Shown here piece after piece: positions 48,501-60,640 of a DNA stretch of 64,000 nt (position 1 is its first letter; each line of letters begins with the position of its first letter). Made by a program: the position numbers and the translations under genes. The notes beneath the pieces are model-generated. The model was not told where the DNA came from. It searched no databases and was given only the letters and a program-made list of their open reading frames with translations. The DNA lies in NCBI GenBank assembly GCA_964016885.1, contig OZ024743.1, positions 133,672,001 through 133,736,000 of the forward strand, given 5' to 3'. Source of the DNA: Eledone cirrhosa. Its lineage: Eukaryota.

Positions 48501-51500
48501 TTGGTGTTTGGTGCTTGGTGCCTGGTGCTTGGTGCTTGGTGCTTGGTGTTTGGTGCTTGGTGTTTGGTGCTTGGTTTTAGGTGTTTGGTGCTTGGTGCTT
48601 GGTGTTTGGTGTTTGGTGCTTGGTGTTTGGTGCTTGGTGCTTGGTGTTTGGTGTTTGGTGCTTGGTGTTTGGTGCTTGGTACTTGGTGCTTGGTGCTTGG
48701 TGTTAGGTGTTTGGTGCTTGGTGCTTGGTGTTTGGTTTTTGGTGCTTGGTGCTTGGTGTTCGGTGTTTGGTGCTTGCTGCTGGCTGCTTGGTGTTTGGTG
48801 CTTGGTGATTGGTGCTTGGTGTTTGGTGCTTGGTGTTTGGTGTTTGGTACTAGGTGCTTGGTGCTTGGTGTTTGGTGCTTGGTGCTTGGTGTTTGGTGTT
48901 TGGTGCTTGGTGCTTGGTGTTTGGTGCTTGGTGCTGGGTGCTGGGTGGTTGGTGTTTGGTGTTTGGTGTTTGGTGCTGGGTGCTTGGTGTTTGGTGCTTG
49001 GTGCTTGGTCTTTGGTGTTTGGGGTTTGGTGTTTGGTGCTTGGTGCTTGGTGTTTGGTGCTTGGTGCTTGGTGTTTGGTGTTTGGTGCTTGGTGCTTGGT
49101 GTTTGGTGTTTGGTGTTTGCTGTTTGGTGTTTGGTGTTTGGTGTTTGCTGTTTGGTGTCTGATTTTTGGTGTTTGGTGTTGGCTGTATGTTATTTGCTGT
49201 TTGGTGTTTGGTGTTTGGTGTTTGGTGCTTGGTGCTTGGTGTTTGGTGTTTGGTGCTTGCTTGGTGCTTGGAGTTTGGTGTTTGGTGCTTGGTGCTTGGT
49301 GTTTTGTGTTTGGTGTTTGGTTTTTGGTGCTTGGTGCTTGGTGCTTGTTGCTTGGTCCTTGGTGTTTGGTGCTTGGTGCTTGGTGTTTGTACTTGGTGCT
49401 TGGTGCTTGGTGTTTGGTTCTTGGTTCCTGGTGTTTGGTACTTGGTGCTTGGTGCTTGGTGCTTGGTGTTTGGTGTTTGGTGCTTGGTGTTTGGTGCTTG
49501 GTGCTTGGTGCTTGGTGTTAGGTGTTTGGTGCTTGGTGCTTGGTGTTTGGTGCTTGGTGTTTGGTGTTTGCTGTTTGGTGTTTGGTGCTTGGTGTTTGGT
49601 GTTTGCTGTTTGGTGTCTGCTTTTTGGTGTTTGGTGTTTGCTGTATGGTGTTTGCTGTTTCGTGTTTGGTGTTTGCTGTTTGGTGTTTGGTGTTTGCTGT
49701 TTGGTGTTTGGTCTTTGGTGCTTGGTGTTTGGTGCTTGGTGCTTGGTGTTTGGTGTTTGGTGCTTGGTGCTTGGTGCTTCGTGTTTGGTGTTTGGTGCTT
49801 GGTGTCTGGAGCTTGGTGTTTGGTGTTTGGTGCTTGGTGTTTGGTGTTTGGTGCTTGGTGCTTGGTGTTTGGTGCTTGGTGCTTGGTGCTTGGTGTTTGG
49901 TGTTTGGTGTTTGGTTCTTGGTGCTTGGTATTTGGTGCTTGGTGCTTGCTGCTTGGTGTTTGGTGCTTGGTGATTGATGCTTGGTGTTTGATGCTTGGTG
50001 CTTGGTGTTTGGTTTTTGGTGCTAGGTGCTTGGTGCTTGGTGTTTGGTGCTTGGTGTTTGGTGTTTGCTGCTTGGTGCTTGGGGCTTGGTGTTTGGTACT
50101 TGGTGCTTGGTGCTTGGTGTTTGGTGCTTGGTGCTTGGTGTATGGTGTTTGGTGTTTGGTGCTTGGTGTTTGGTGTTTGGTGCTTGGTGCTTGGTGTTTG
50201 TTGCTTGGTACTTGGTTCATCGTGTTTGGTGCTGGGTGCTTGGTGTTTGGTGCTTGGTGCTTGGTGTTTGGTGTTTGGTGCTTGGTGTTTGGTGTTTGGT
50301 GCTTGGTGCTTGGTGTTTGTTGCTTGGTACTTGGTGCATGGTGTTTGGCGCTGGGTGCTTGGTGTTTGGTGCTTGGTGTTTGGTGCTTGGTGCTTGGTGT
50401 TTGGTGTTTGGTGTTTGATGCTTGGTGTTTGATGCTTGGTGCTTGGTGCTTGGTGTTTGGTGCTTGGTGTTTGTACTTGGTGCTTGGTGTTTTGTGCTTG
50501 GTTCTTTGTGTTTGGTGTTTGGTGCTTGGTGCTTGGTGCTTGGTGTTAGGTGTTTGGTGCTTGGTGCTTGGTGTTTGGTGTTTGGTCCTTAGTGCTTGGT
50601 GTTTAGTGCTTGGTGCTTGGTGTTTGTTGTTTGGTGCTTTCTGCTTGCTGCTTGGCGTTTGGTGCTTGGTGCTTGGTGCTTGGTGTTTGGTGTTTGGTGC
50701 TAGGTGCTTGGTGTTTGGTGTTTGGTGTTTGATGCTTGGTGTTTGGTGCTTGGTGTTTGGTGTTTTGTGCTTGGTGCTTGGGGCTTGGTGTTTAGTGCTT
50801 GGTGCTTGGTGCTTGGTGTTTGGTGCTTGGTGCTTGGTGTTTGGTGTTTGGTGTTTGGTGCTTGGTGCTTGGTGTTTGGTGCTTGGTGCTTGGTGCTGGG
50901 TGGTTGGTATTTGGTGCTTGGTGCTTGGTGTTTGGTGCTTGGTGCTTGGTGCTTGGTGTTTGGTGCTTGGTGCTTGGTGCTTGGTCTTTGGTGCTTGGTG
51001 TTTGGTGCTTGGTGCTTGGTGCTTGGTGTTTGGTGCTTGGTGATTAGTGTTTGGTGCTTGGTGCTTGGGGTTTGGTGTTTGATGCTTGGTACTTGGTGTT
51101 TGGTGCTTGGTGTTTGGTGTTTGCTGTTTGGTGTTTGGTGTTTGCTGTTTGCTGTTTGCTGTTTGCTTTTTGGTGTTTGGTGTTTGCTGTATGGTGTTTG
51201 CTGTTTGGTGTTTGGTGTTTGCTGTTTGGTGTTTGGTGTTTGCTGTTTGGTCTTTGGTGCTTGGTGTTTGTACTTGGTGCTTGGTGTTTGGTGTTCGGTG
51301 CTTGGTGCTTGGTGTTTGGTGTTTGTTGCTTGGTGCTTGGTGCTTGGTGTTTGGTGTTTGGTGTTTGGTGCTTGGTGTTTGGTGTTTGGTGTTTGGTGCT
51401 TGGTGCTTGGTGTTTGTTGTTTGGTGCTTTCTGCTTGCTGCTTGGCGTTTGGTGCTTGGTGCTTGGTGCTTGCTGTTTGGTGTTTGGTGCTTGGTGCTTG

Positions 51501-52000
51501 GTGTTTGGTGTTTGGTGTTATATGCTTGGTGTTTGATGCTTGGTGCTTGGTGCTTGGTATTTGGTGTTTGGTGCTTGGTGTTTGTACTTGGTGCTTGGTT
51601 CTTGGTTCTTGGTGCTTGGTGCTTGGTGCTTGGTGCTTGGTGCTTGGTGTTTGGTGCTTGGTGTTTGGTGCTTGGTGTTTGGTGCTTGGTGCCTGGTGCT
51701 TGGTGCTTGGTGCTTGGTGTTTGGTGCTTGGTGTTTGGTGCTTGGTGTTAGGTGTTTGGTGCTTGGTGCTTGGTGTTTGGTGTTTGGTGCTTGGTGTTTG
51801 GTGCTTGGTGCTTGGTGTTTGGTGTTTGGTGCTTGGTGTTTGGTGCTTGGTACTTGGTGCTTGGTGCTTGGTGTTAGGTGTTTGGTGCTTGGTGCTTGGT
51901 GTTTGGTTTTTGGTGCTTGGTGCTTGGTGTTTGGTGTTTGGTGCTTGCTGCTGGCTGCTTGGTGTTTGGTGCTTGGTGTTAGGTGTTTGGTGCTTGGTGC
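36538..52000 (+). repeat. About 3.2-3.4-kb higher-order repeat family: copies at about 36540-39920, 39920-43190, 44360-47550 and a rearranged copy at about 49000-52000
   Basis: ORF offsets 3384 (36663/40047, 37642/41026), 3349 after a 35-bp deletion (38784/42133), and 4321/4266 to the third copy. The private hexamer TTGGAG occurs at 38313, 41697 and 45984. 3384 = 480x7 + 4x6. Confidence 0.88.
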
Positions 52001-53350
52001 TTGGTGTTTGGTGTTTGGTGTTTGCTGTTTGCTGTTTGGTCTTTGGTGCTTGGTGTTTGGTGCTTGGTGCTTGGTGTTTGGTGTTTGGTGCTTGGTGCTT
52101 GGTGTTTGGTGTTTGTTGCTTGGTGCTTGGTGCTTGGTGTTTGGTGTTTGGTGTTTGGTGCTTGGTGTCTGGTGCTTGGTGTTTGGTGTTTGGTGTTTGG
52201 TGCTTGGTGTTTGGTGTTTGGTGTTTGGTGCTTGGTGCTTGGTGTTTGGTGCTTGGTGCTTGGTGATTAGTGTTTGGTGCTTGGTGCTTGTGGTTTGGTG
52301 TTTGGTCCTTGGTGCTTGGTGTTTTGTGCTTGGTGCTTGGTGTTTGGTGCTTGGTGTTTTGTTTTTGCTGTTTGGTGTTTGGTGTTTGGTGTCTGCTGTT
52401 TGCTGTTTGCTGTTTGGTGTCTGCTTTTTGGTGTTTGGTGTTTGCTGTATGGTGTTTGGTGTTTGGTGTTTGGTGTTTCCTGTTTGGTCTTTAGTCTTTG
52501 GTGCTTGGTGTTTGGTGCTTGGTGCTTGGTGCTTGGTGTTTGGTGCTTGGTGCTTGGTGCTTGTTGTTTGGTGATTGGTGCTTGGTGTTTGGTGTTTGGT
52601 GCTTGGGGCTTGGTGTTTGGTGCTGCGTGCTTGGTGCTTGGTGCTTGGTGCTTGGTGCTTGGTGTTTTGTGTTTGGTGTTTGATGCTTGGTGTTTGGTGT
52701 TTGGTGTTTGGTGCTTGGTGCTTGGTGTTTGGTGTTTGATGCTTGGTGCTTGATGCTTGGTGCTTGGTGCTTGGTGTTTGGTGCTTGGTGCTTGGTGTTT
52801 GTACTTGGTGCTTGGTGCTTGGTGTTTGGTGCTTGGTGTTTGGTGCTTGGTGTTTGGTGTTTGCTCTTTGCTGTTTGGTGTTTGGTGTTTGCTGTTTCGT
52901 GTTTGGTGTTTGGTGTTTGCTGTTTGGTGTTTGCTGTTTGGTGCTTGGTGTTTGGTGCTTGGTGCTTGGTGTTTGGTGTTTGGTGTTTGGTTCTTGGTGC
53001 TTGGGGCTTGGTGTTTGGTGCTTGGTGCTTGGTGCTTGGTGCTTGGTGCTTGGTGTTTGGTGTTTGGTGCTTGGTGTTTGGTGCTTGGTGCTTGGTGCTG
53101 GGTGTTTGGTGCTTGGTGCTTGGTGTTTGGTGCATGGTGCTTTGTTTTTGGTGTTTGTCGCTTGGTGCTTGGTGCTTGGTGTATGGTGCTTGGTGTTTGG
53201 TGTTTGGTGCTTGGTGCTTGGTGTTTGGTGTTTGGTGCTTGGTGTTTGGTGTTTGGTGCTTGGTGCTTGGTGTTTGTTGCTCGGTACTTGGTGCATGGTG
53301 TTTGGTGCTGGGTGCTTGGTGTTTGGTGCTTGGTGTTTGGTGCTTGGTGT

Positions 53351-56300
53351 TTGGTGTTTGGGGCTTCGTGCTTGGGGCTTGGTGTTTGGTGCTAGGTGCT
53401 TGGTGCTTGGTGTTTGGTGCTTGGTGTTTGGTGCTTGGTACTTGGGGCTTGGTGTTTGGTGCTTGGTGCTTGGGGTTTGGTGCTTGGTGCTTGGTGTTCG
53501 GTGTTTGGTGCTTGGTGCTTGGTGCTTGGTGCTGGGTGGTTGGTGTTTGGTGCTTGGTGCTTGGTATTTGGTGCTTGGTGCTTGGTGCTTGGTGTTTGGT
53601 GCTTGGTGCATGGTGCTTGGTCTTTGGTGCTTGGTGTTTGGTGTTTGGTGCTTGGTGCTTGGTGTTTGGTGCTTGGTGCTTGTGGTTTGGTGTTTGGTGC
53701 TTGGTGCTTGGTGTTTGGTGCTTGGTGCTTGGTGTTTGGTGCTTGGTGTTTCGTTTTTGCTGTTTGGTGTTTGGTGTTTGGTGTTTGGTGTTTGCTGTTT
53801 GCTGTTTGGTGTCTGCTTTTTGGTGTTTGGTGTTTGCTGTATGGTGTTTGGTGTTTGGTGTTTGGTGTTTCCTGTTTGGTCTTTAGTCTTTGGTGCTTGG
53901 TGTTTGGTGCTTGGTGCTTGGTGTTTGGTGTTTGGTTCTTGGTGCTTGGTGTTTGGTGCTTGGTGCTTGGTGCTTGTTGTTTGGTGATTGGTGTTGGTGC
54001 TTGGTGTTTGGTGTTTGGTGCTTGGGGCTTGGTGCTTGGTGCTGCGTGCTTGGTGCTTGGTGCTTGGTGCTTGGTGTTTTGTGTTTGGTGTTTGATGCTT
54101 GGTGTTTGGTGTTTGGTGTTTGGTGCTTGGTGTTTGGTGTTTGGTGTTTGGTGCTTGGTGCTTGGTGTTTGATGCTTGGTGCTTGATGCTTGGTGCTTGG
54201 TGTTTGGTGCTTGGTGTTTGTACTTGGTGCTTGGTGCTTGGTGTTTGGTGCTTGGTGATTGGTGCTTGCTGTTTGGTGTTTGCTGTTTGCTGTTTGGTGT
54301 TTGCTGTTTGGTGTTTGCTGTTTGGTGTTTGCTGTTTGGTGTTTGGTGCTTGCTGTTGGGTGCTTGGTGTTTGGTGCTTGGTGCTTACTGTTTGGTGTTT
54401 GGTGTTTGGTGCTTGGTGCTTGGGGCTTGGTGTTTGGTGCTTGGTGCTTGGTGCTTGGTGTTTGGTGTTTGGTGCTTGGTGTTTGGTGCTTGGTACTGGG
54501 TGTTTGGTGCTTGGTGTTTGGTTCATGGTGCTTGGTGCTTGGTGTTTGTCGCTTGGTGCTTGGTGCTTGGTGTTTGGTGCTTGGTATTTGGTGATTGGTG
54601 CTTGGTGTTTGGTGTTTGGTGCTTCGTGCTTGGTGTTTAGTGTTTGGTGCTTGGTGTTTGGTGTTTGGTGCTGGGTGCTTGGTGTTTGGTGCTTGGTGTT
54701 TGGTGCTTGGTGCTTGGTGTTTGGTGTTTGGTGTTTGATGCTAGGTGTTTGATGCTTGGTGCTTGGTGCTTGGTGTTTGGTGCTTGGTGTTTGTACTTGG
54801 TGTTTGGTGCTTGGTGTTTTGTGCTTGGTTCTTGGTGTTTGGTGTTTGGTGCTTGGTGCTTGGTGCTTGGTGTTAGGTGTTTGGTGCTTGGTGCTTGGTG
54901 TTTGGTGTTTGTTCCTTGGTGCTTGGTGTTTAGTGCTTGGTGCTTGGTGTTTGTTGTTTGGTGTTTTCTGCTTGCTGCTTGGTGTTTGGTGCTTGGTGCT
55001 TGGTGCTTGGTGTTTGGTGTTTGGTGCTAGGTGCTTGGTGTTTGGTGTTTGGTGTTTGGTGTTTGATGCTTGGTGTTTGGTGCTTGGTGTTTGGTGTTTG
55101 GTGCTTGGTGCTTGCGGCTTGGTGTTTGGTGCTTGGTGCTTGGTGCTGGGTGGTTGGTATTTGGTGCTTGGTGCTTGGTGTTTGGTGCTTGGTGCTTGGT
55201 GCTTGGTGTTTGGTGCTTGGTGCTTGGTGCTTGGTCTTTGGTGCTTGGTGTTTGGTGCTTGGTGCTTGGTGCTTGGTGTTTGGTGCTTGGTGATTAGTGT
55301 TTGGTGCTTGGTGCTTGGGGTTTGGTGTTTGGTGCTTGGTACTTGGTGTTTGGTGCTTCGTGTTTGGTGTTTGCTGTTTGGTGTTTGGTGTTTGGTGTAT
55401 GCTGTTTGGTGTCTGCTTTTTGGTGTTTGGTGTTTGCTGTATGGTGTTTGCTGTTTGGTGTTTGGTGTTTGCTGTTTTGTGTTTAGTGTTTGCTGTTTGG
55501 TCTTTGGTCTTTGGTGCTTGGTGTTTGGTGCTTGGTGCTTGGTGTTTGGTATTTGGTGCTTGGTGTTTGGTGTTTGGTGCTTGGTGCTTGGTGTTTGGTG
55601 TTTGGTGTTTGGTGCTTGGTGTTTGGTGTTTGGTGTTTGGTGCTTGGTGCTTGGTGTTTGGTGTTTCGTGTTTGGTGTTTGGTGCTTGTTGCTTGGTGCT
55701 TGGTGCTTGGTGTTTGGTGCTTGGTGCTTGGTGTTTGGTGCTTGGTGCTTGGTGTTTGGTGTTTGGTGCTTGGTGCTTGGTGTTTGGTGTTTGGTGTTAT
55801 ATGCTTGGTGCCTGGTGCTTGGTGTTTGGTGCTTGGTGCTTGGTGTGTGGTGCTTGTTGCTTGGTACTTGGTGCTTGGTGTTTGGTGCTTGGTGCCTGGT
55901 GTCTGGTGCTTGGTGCTTGGTGCTTGGTGTTTGGTGCTTGGTGCTTGGTGTTTGGTGTTTGGTGCTTGGTGTTTGGTGTTTGGTGTTTCGTGTTTATTGT
56001 TTGCTGTTTGGTGTTTGGGGCTTCGTGCTTGGGGCTTGGTGTTTGGTGCTAGGTGCTTGGTGCTTGGTGTTTGGTGCTTGGTGTTTGGTGCTTGGTACTT
56101 GGGGCTTGGTGTTTGGTGCTTGGTGCTTGGGGTTTGGTGCTTGGTGCTTGGTGTTCGGTGTTTGGTGCTTGGTGCTTGGTGCTTGGTGCTGGGTGGTTGG
56201 TGTTTGGTGCTTGGTGCTTGGTATTTGGTGCTTGGTGCTTGGTGCTTGGTGTTTGGTGCTTGGTGCTTGGTGCTTGGTCTTTGGTGCTTGGTGTTTGGTG

Positions 56301-58540
56301 TTTGGTGCTTGGTGCTTGGTGTTTGGTGCTTGGTGCTTGTGGTTTGGTGTTTGGTGCTTGGTGCTTGGTGTCTGGTGCTTGGTGCTTGGTGTTTGGTGCT
56401 TGGTGTTTCGTTTTTGCTGTTTGGTGTTTGGTGTTTGGTGTTTGGTGTTTGCTGTTTGCTGTTTGGTGTCTGCTTTTTGGTGTTTGGTGTTTGCTGTATG
56501 GTGTTTGGTGTTTGGTGTTTGGTGTTTCCTGTTTGGTCTTTAGTCTTTGGTGCTTGGTGTTTGGTGCTTGGTGCTTGGTGTTTGGTGTTTGGTTCTTGGT
56601 GCTTGGTGTTTGGTGCTTGGTGCTTGGTGCTTGTTGTTTGGTGATTGGTGTTGGTGCTTGGTGTTTGGTGTTTGGTGCTTGGGGCTTGGTGCTTGGTGCT
56701 GCGTGCTTGGTGCTTGGTGCTTGGTGCTTGGTGTTTTGTGTTTGGTGTTTGATGCTTGGTGTTTGGTGTTTGGTGTTTGGTGCTTGGTGTTTGGTGTTTG
56801 GTGTTTGGTGCTTGGTGCTTGGTGTTTGATGCTTGGTGCTTGATGCTTGGTGCTTGGTGTTTGGTGCTTGGTGTTTGTACTTGGTGCTTGGTGCTTGGTG
56901 TTTGGTGCTTGGTGTTTGGTGCTTGCTGTTTGGTGTTTGCTGTTTGCTGTTTGGTGTTTGCTGTTTGGTGTTTGCTGTTTGGTGTTTGCTGTTTGGTGTT
57001 TGGTGCTTGCTGTTGGGTGCTTGGTGTTTGGTGCTTGGTGCTTACTGTTTGGTGTTTGGTGTTTGGTGCTTGGTGCTTGGGGCTTGGTGTTTGGTGCTTG
57101 GTGCTTGGTGCTTGGTGTTTGGTGTTTGGTGCTTGGTGTTTGGTGCTTGGTACTGGGTGTTTGGTGCTTGGTGTTTGGTTCATGGTGCTTGGTGCTTGGT
57201 GTTTGTCGCTTGGTGCTTGGTGCTTGGTGTTTGGTGCTTGGTATTTGGTGATTGGTGCTTGGTGTTTGGTGTTTGGTGCTTCGTGCTTGGTGTTTAGTGT
57301 TTGGTGCTTGGTGTTTGGTGTTTGGTGCTGGGTGCTTGGTGTTTGGTGCTTGGTGTTTGGTGCTTGGTGCTTGGTGTTTGGTGTTTGGTGTTTGATGCTA
57401 GGTGTTTGATGCTTGGTGCTTGGTGCTTGGTGTTTGGTGCTTGGTGTTTGTACTTGGTGTTTGGTGCTTGGTGTTTTGTGCTTGGTTCTTGGTGTTTGGT
57501 GTTTGGTGCTTGGTGCTTGGTGCTTGGTGTTAGGTGTTTGGTGCTTGGTGCTTGGTGTTTGGTGTTTGTTCCTTGGTGCTTGGTGTTTAGTGCTTGGTGC
57601 TTGGTGTTTGTTGTTTGGTGTTTTCTGCTTGCTGCTTGGTGTTTGGTGCTTGGTGCTTGGTGCTTGGTGTCTGGTGTTTGGTGCTAGGTGCTTGGTGTTT
57701 GGTGTTTGGTGTTTGGTGTTTGATGCTTGGTGTTTGGTGCTTGGTGTTTGGTGTTTGGTGCTTGGTGCTTGCGGCTTGGTGCTTGGTGCTTGGTGTTTGG
57801 TGCTTGGTGCTTGGTGCTTGGTCTTTGGTGCTTGGTGTTTGGTGCTTGGTGCTTGGTGCTTGGTGTTTGGTGCTTGGTGATTAGTGTTTGGTGCTTGGTG
57901 CTTGGGGTTTGGTGTTTGGTGCTTGGTACTTGGTGTTTGGTGCTTCGTGTTTGGTGTTTGCTGTTTGGTGTTTGGTGTTTGGTGTATGCTGTTTGGTGTC
58001 TGCTTTTTGGTGTTTGGTGTTTGCTGTATGGTGTTTGCTGTTTGGTGTTTGGTGTTTGCTGTTTTGTGTTTAGTGTTTGCTGTTTGGTGTTTGGTCTTTG
58101 GTGCTTGGTGTTTGGTGCTTGGTGCTTGGTGTTTGGTGTTTGGTGCTTGGTGTTTGGTGTTTGGTGCTTGGTGCTTGGTGTTTGGTGTTTGGTGTTTGGT
58201 GCTTGGTGTTTGGTGTTTGGTGTTTGGTGCTTGGTGCTTGGTGTTTGGTGTTTCGTGTTTGGTGTTTGGTGCTTGTTGCTTGGTGCTTGGTGCTTGGTGT
58301 TTGGTGCTTGGTGCTTGGTGTTTGGTGCTTGGTGCTTGGTGTTTGGTGTTTGGTGCTTGGTGCTTGGTGTTTGGTGTTTGGTGTTATATGCTTGGTGCTT
58401 GGTGCTTGGTGTTTGGTGCTTGGTGCTTGGTGTGTGGTGCTTGTTGCTTGGTACTTGGTGCTTGGTGTTTGGTGCTTGGTGCCTGGTGTTTGGTGCTTGG
58501 TGCTTGGTGCTTGGTGTTTGGTGCTTGGTGCTTGGTGTTT
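53351..58540 (+). repeat. 2657-bp tandem higher-order duplication (second copy with a 70-bp deletion near 57780)
   Basis: ORF pairs 53396/56053, 54099/56756 and 54644/57301 (2657), then 55297/57884 (2587). Private hexamer TTGGTG at 53988/56645. 2657 = 377x7 + 3x6. Confidence 0.9.
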
Positions 58541-60640
58541 GGTGCTTGGTGGTTGGTGCTTGTTGTTCGGTGATTGGTGCTTGGTGCTTGGTGTTTGGTG
58601 CTTGGGGCTTGGTGCTTGGTGCTGCGTGCTTGGTGCTTGGTGCTTGGTGCTTGGTGTTTTGTGTTTGGTGTTTGATGCTTGGTGTTTGGTGTTTGGTGTT
58701 TGGTGCTTGGTGTTTGGTGTTTGGTGTTTGGTGCTTGGTGCTTGGTGTTTGATGCTTGGTGCTTGATGCTTGGTGCTTGGTGTTTGGTGCTTGGTGTTTG
58801 TACTTGGTGCTTGGTGCTTGGTGTTTGGTGCTTGGTGTTTGGTGCTTGCTGTTTGGTGTTTGCTGTTTGCTGTTTGGTGTTTGCTGTTTGGTGTTTGCTG
58901 TTTGGTGTTTGCTGTTTGGTGTTTGGTGCTTGCTGTTGGGTGCTTGGTGTTTGGTGCTTGGTGCTTACTGTTTGGTGTTTGGTGTTTGGTGCTTGGTGCT
59001 TGGGGCTTGGTGTTTGGTGCTTGGTGCTTGGTGCTTGGTGTTTGGTGTTTGGTGCTTGGTGTTTGGTGCTTGGTACTGGGTGTTTGGTGCTTGGTGTTTG
59101 GTTCATGGTGCTTGGTGCTTGGTGTTTGTCGCTTGGTGCTTGGTGCTTGGTGTTTGGTGCTTGGTATTTGGTGATTGGTGCTTGGTGTTTGGTGTTTGGT
59201 GCTTCGTGCTTGGTGTTTAGTGTTTGGTGCTTGGTGTTTGGTGTTTGGTGCTGGGTGCTTGGTGTTTGGTGCTTGGTGTTTGGTGCTTGGTGCTTGGTGT
59301 TTGGTGTTTGGTGTTTGATGCTAGGTGTTTGATGCTTGGTGCTTGGTGCTTGGTGTTTGGTGCTTGGTGTTTGTACTTGGTGTTTGGTGCTTGGTGTTTT
59401 GTGCTTGGTTCTTGGTGTTTGGTGTTTGGTGCTTGGTGCTTGGTGCTTGGTGTTAGGTGTTTGGTGCTTGGTGCTTGGTGTTTGGTGTTTGTTCCTTGGT
59501 GCTTGGTGTTTAGTGCTTGGTGCTTGGTGTTTGTTGTTTGGTGTTTTCTGCTTGCTGCTTGGTGTTTGGTGCTTGGTGCTTGGTGCTTGGTGTCTGGTGT
59601 TTGGTGCTAGGTGCTTGGTGTTTGGTGTTTGGTGTTTGGTGTTTGATGCTTGGTGTTTGGTGCTTGGTGTTTGGTGTTTGGTGCTTGGTGCTTGCGGCTT
59701 GGTGCTTGGTGCTTGGTGTTTGGTGCTTGGTGCTTGGTGCTTGGTCTTTGGTGCTTGGTGTTTGGTGCTTGGTGCTTGGTGCTTGGTGTTTGGTGCTTGG
59801 TGATTAGTGTTTGGTGCTTGGTGCTTGGGGTTTGGTGTTTGGTGCTTGGTACTTGGTGTTTGGTGCTTCGTGTTTGGTGTTTGCTGTTTGGTGTTTGGTG
59901 TTTGGTGTATGCTGTTTGGTGTCTGCTTTTTGGTGTTTGGTGTTTGCTGTATGGTGTTTGCTGTTTGGTGTTTGGTGTTTGCTGTTTTGTGTTTAGTGTT
60001 TGCTGTTTGGTCTTTGGTCTTTGGTGCTTGGTGTTTGGTGCTTGGTGCTTGGTGTTTGGTGTTTGGTGCTTGGTGTTTGGTGTTTGGTGCTTGGTGCTTG
60101 GTGTTTGGTGTTTGGTGTTTGGTGCTTGGTGTTTGGTGTTTGGTGTTTGGTGCTTGGTGCTTGGTGTTTGGTGTTTCGTGTTTGGTGTTTGGTGCTTGTT
60201 GCTTGGTGCTTGGTGCTTGGTGTTTGGTGCTTGGTGCTTGGTGTTTGGTGCTTGGTGCTTGGTGTTTGGTGTTTGGTGCTTGGTGCTTGGTGTTTGGTGT
60301 TTGGTGTTATATGCTTGGTGCTTGGTGCTTGGTGTTTGGTGCTTGGTGCTTGGTGTGTGGTGCTTGTTGCTTGGTACTTGGTGCTTGGTGTTTGGTGCTT
60401 GGTGCCTGGTGTTTGGTGCTTGGTGCTTGGTGCTTGGTGTTTGGTGCTTGGTGCTTGGTGTTTGGTGCTTGGTGGTTGGTGCTTGTTGTTCGGTGATTGG
60501 TGCTTGGTGTTTGGTGGTTGGTGCTTGGGGCTTGGTGTTTGGTGCTGCGTGCTTGGTGCTTGGTGCTTGGTGCTTGGTGTTTTGTGTTTGGTGTTTGATG
60601 CTTGGTGTTTGGTGTTTGGTGTTTGGTGCTTGGTGCTTGG
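56655..60640 (+). repeat. 1923-bp tandem higher-order duplication (two full copies plus start of a third)
   Basis: ORF pairs 56756/58679, 57301/59224, 57884/59807 and 58077/60000. GCTGCGTGC landmark at 56698, 58621 and 60544. 1923 = 273x7 + 2x6. Confidence 0.9.
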
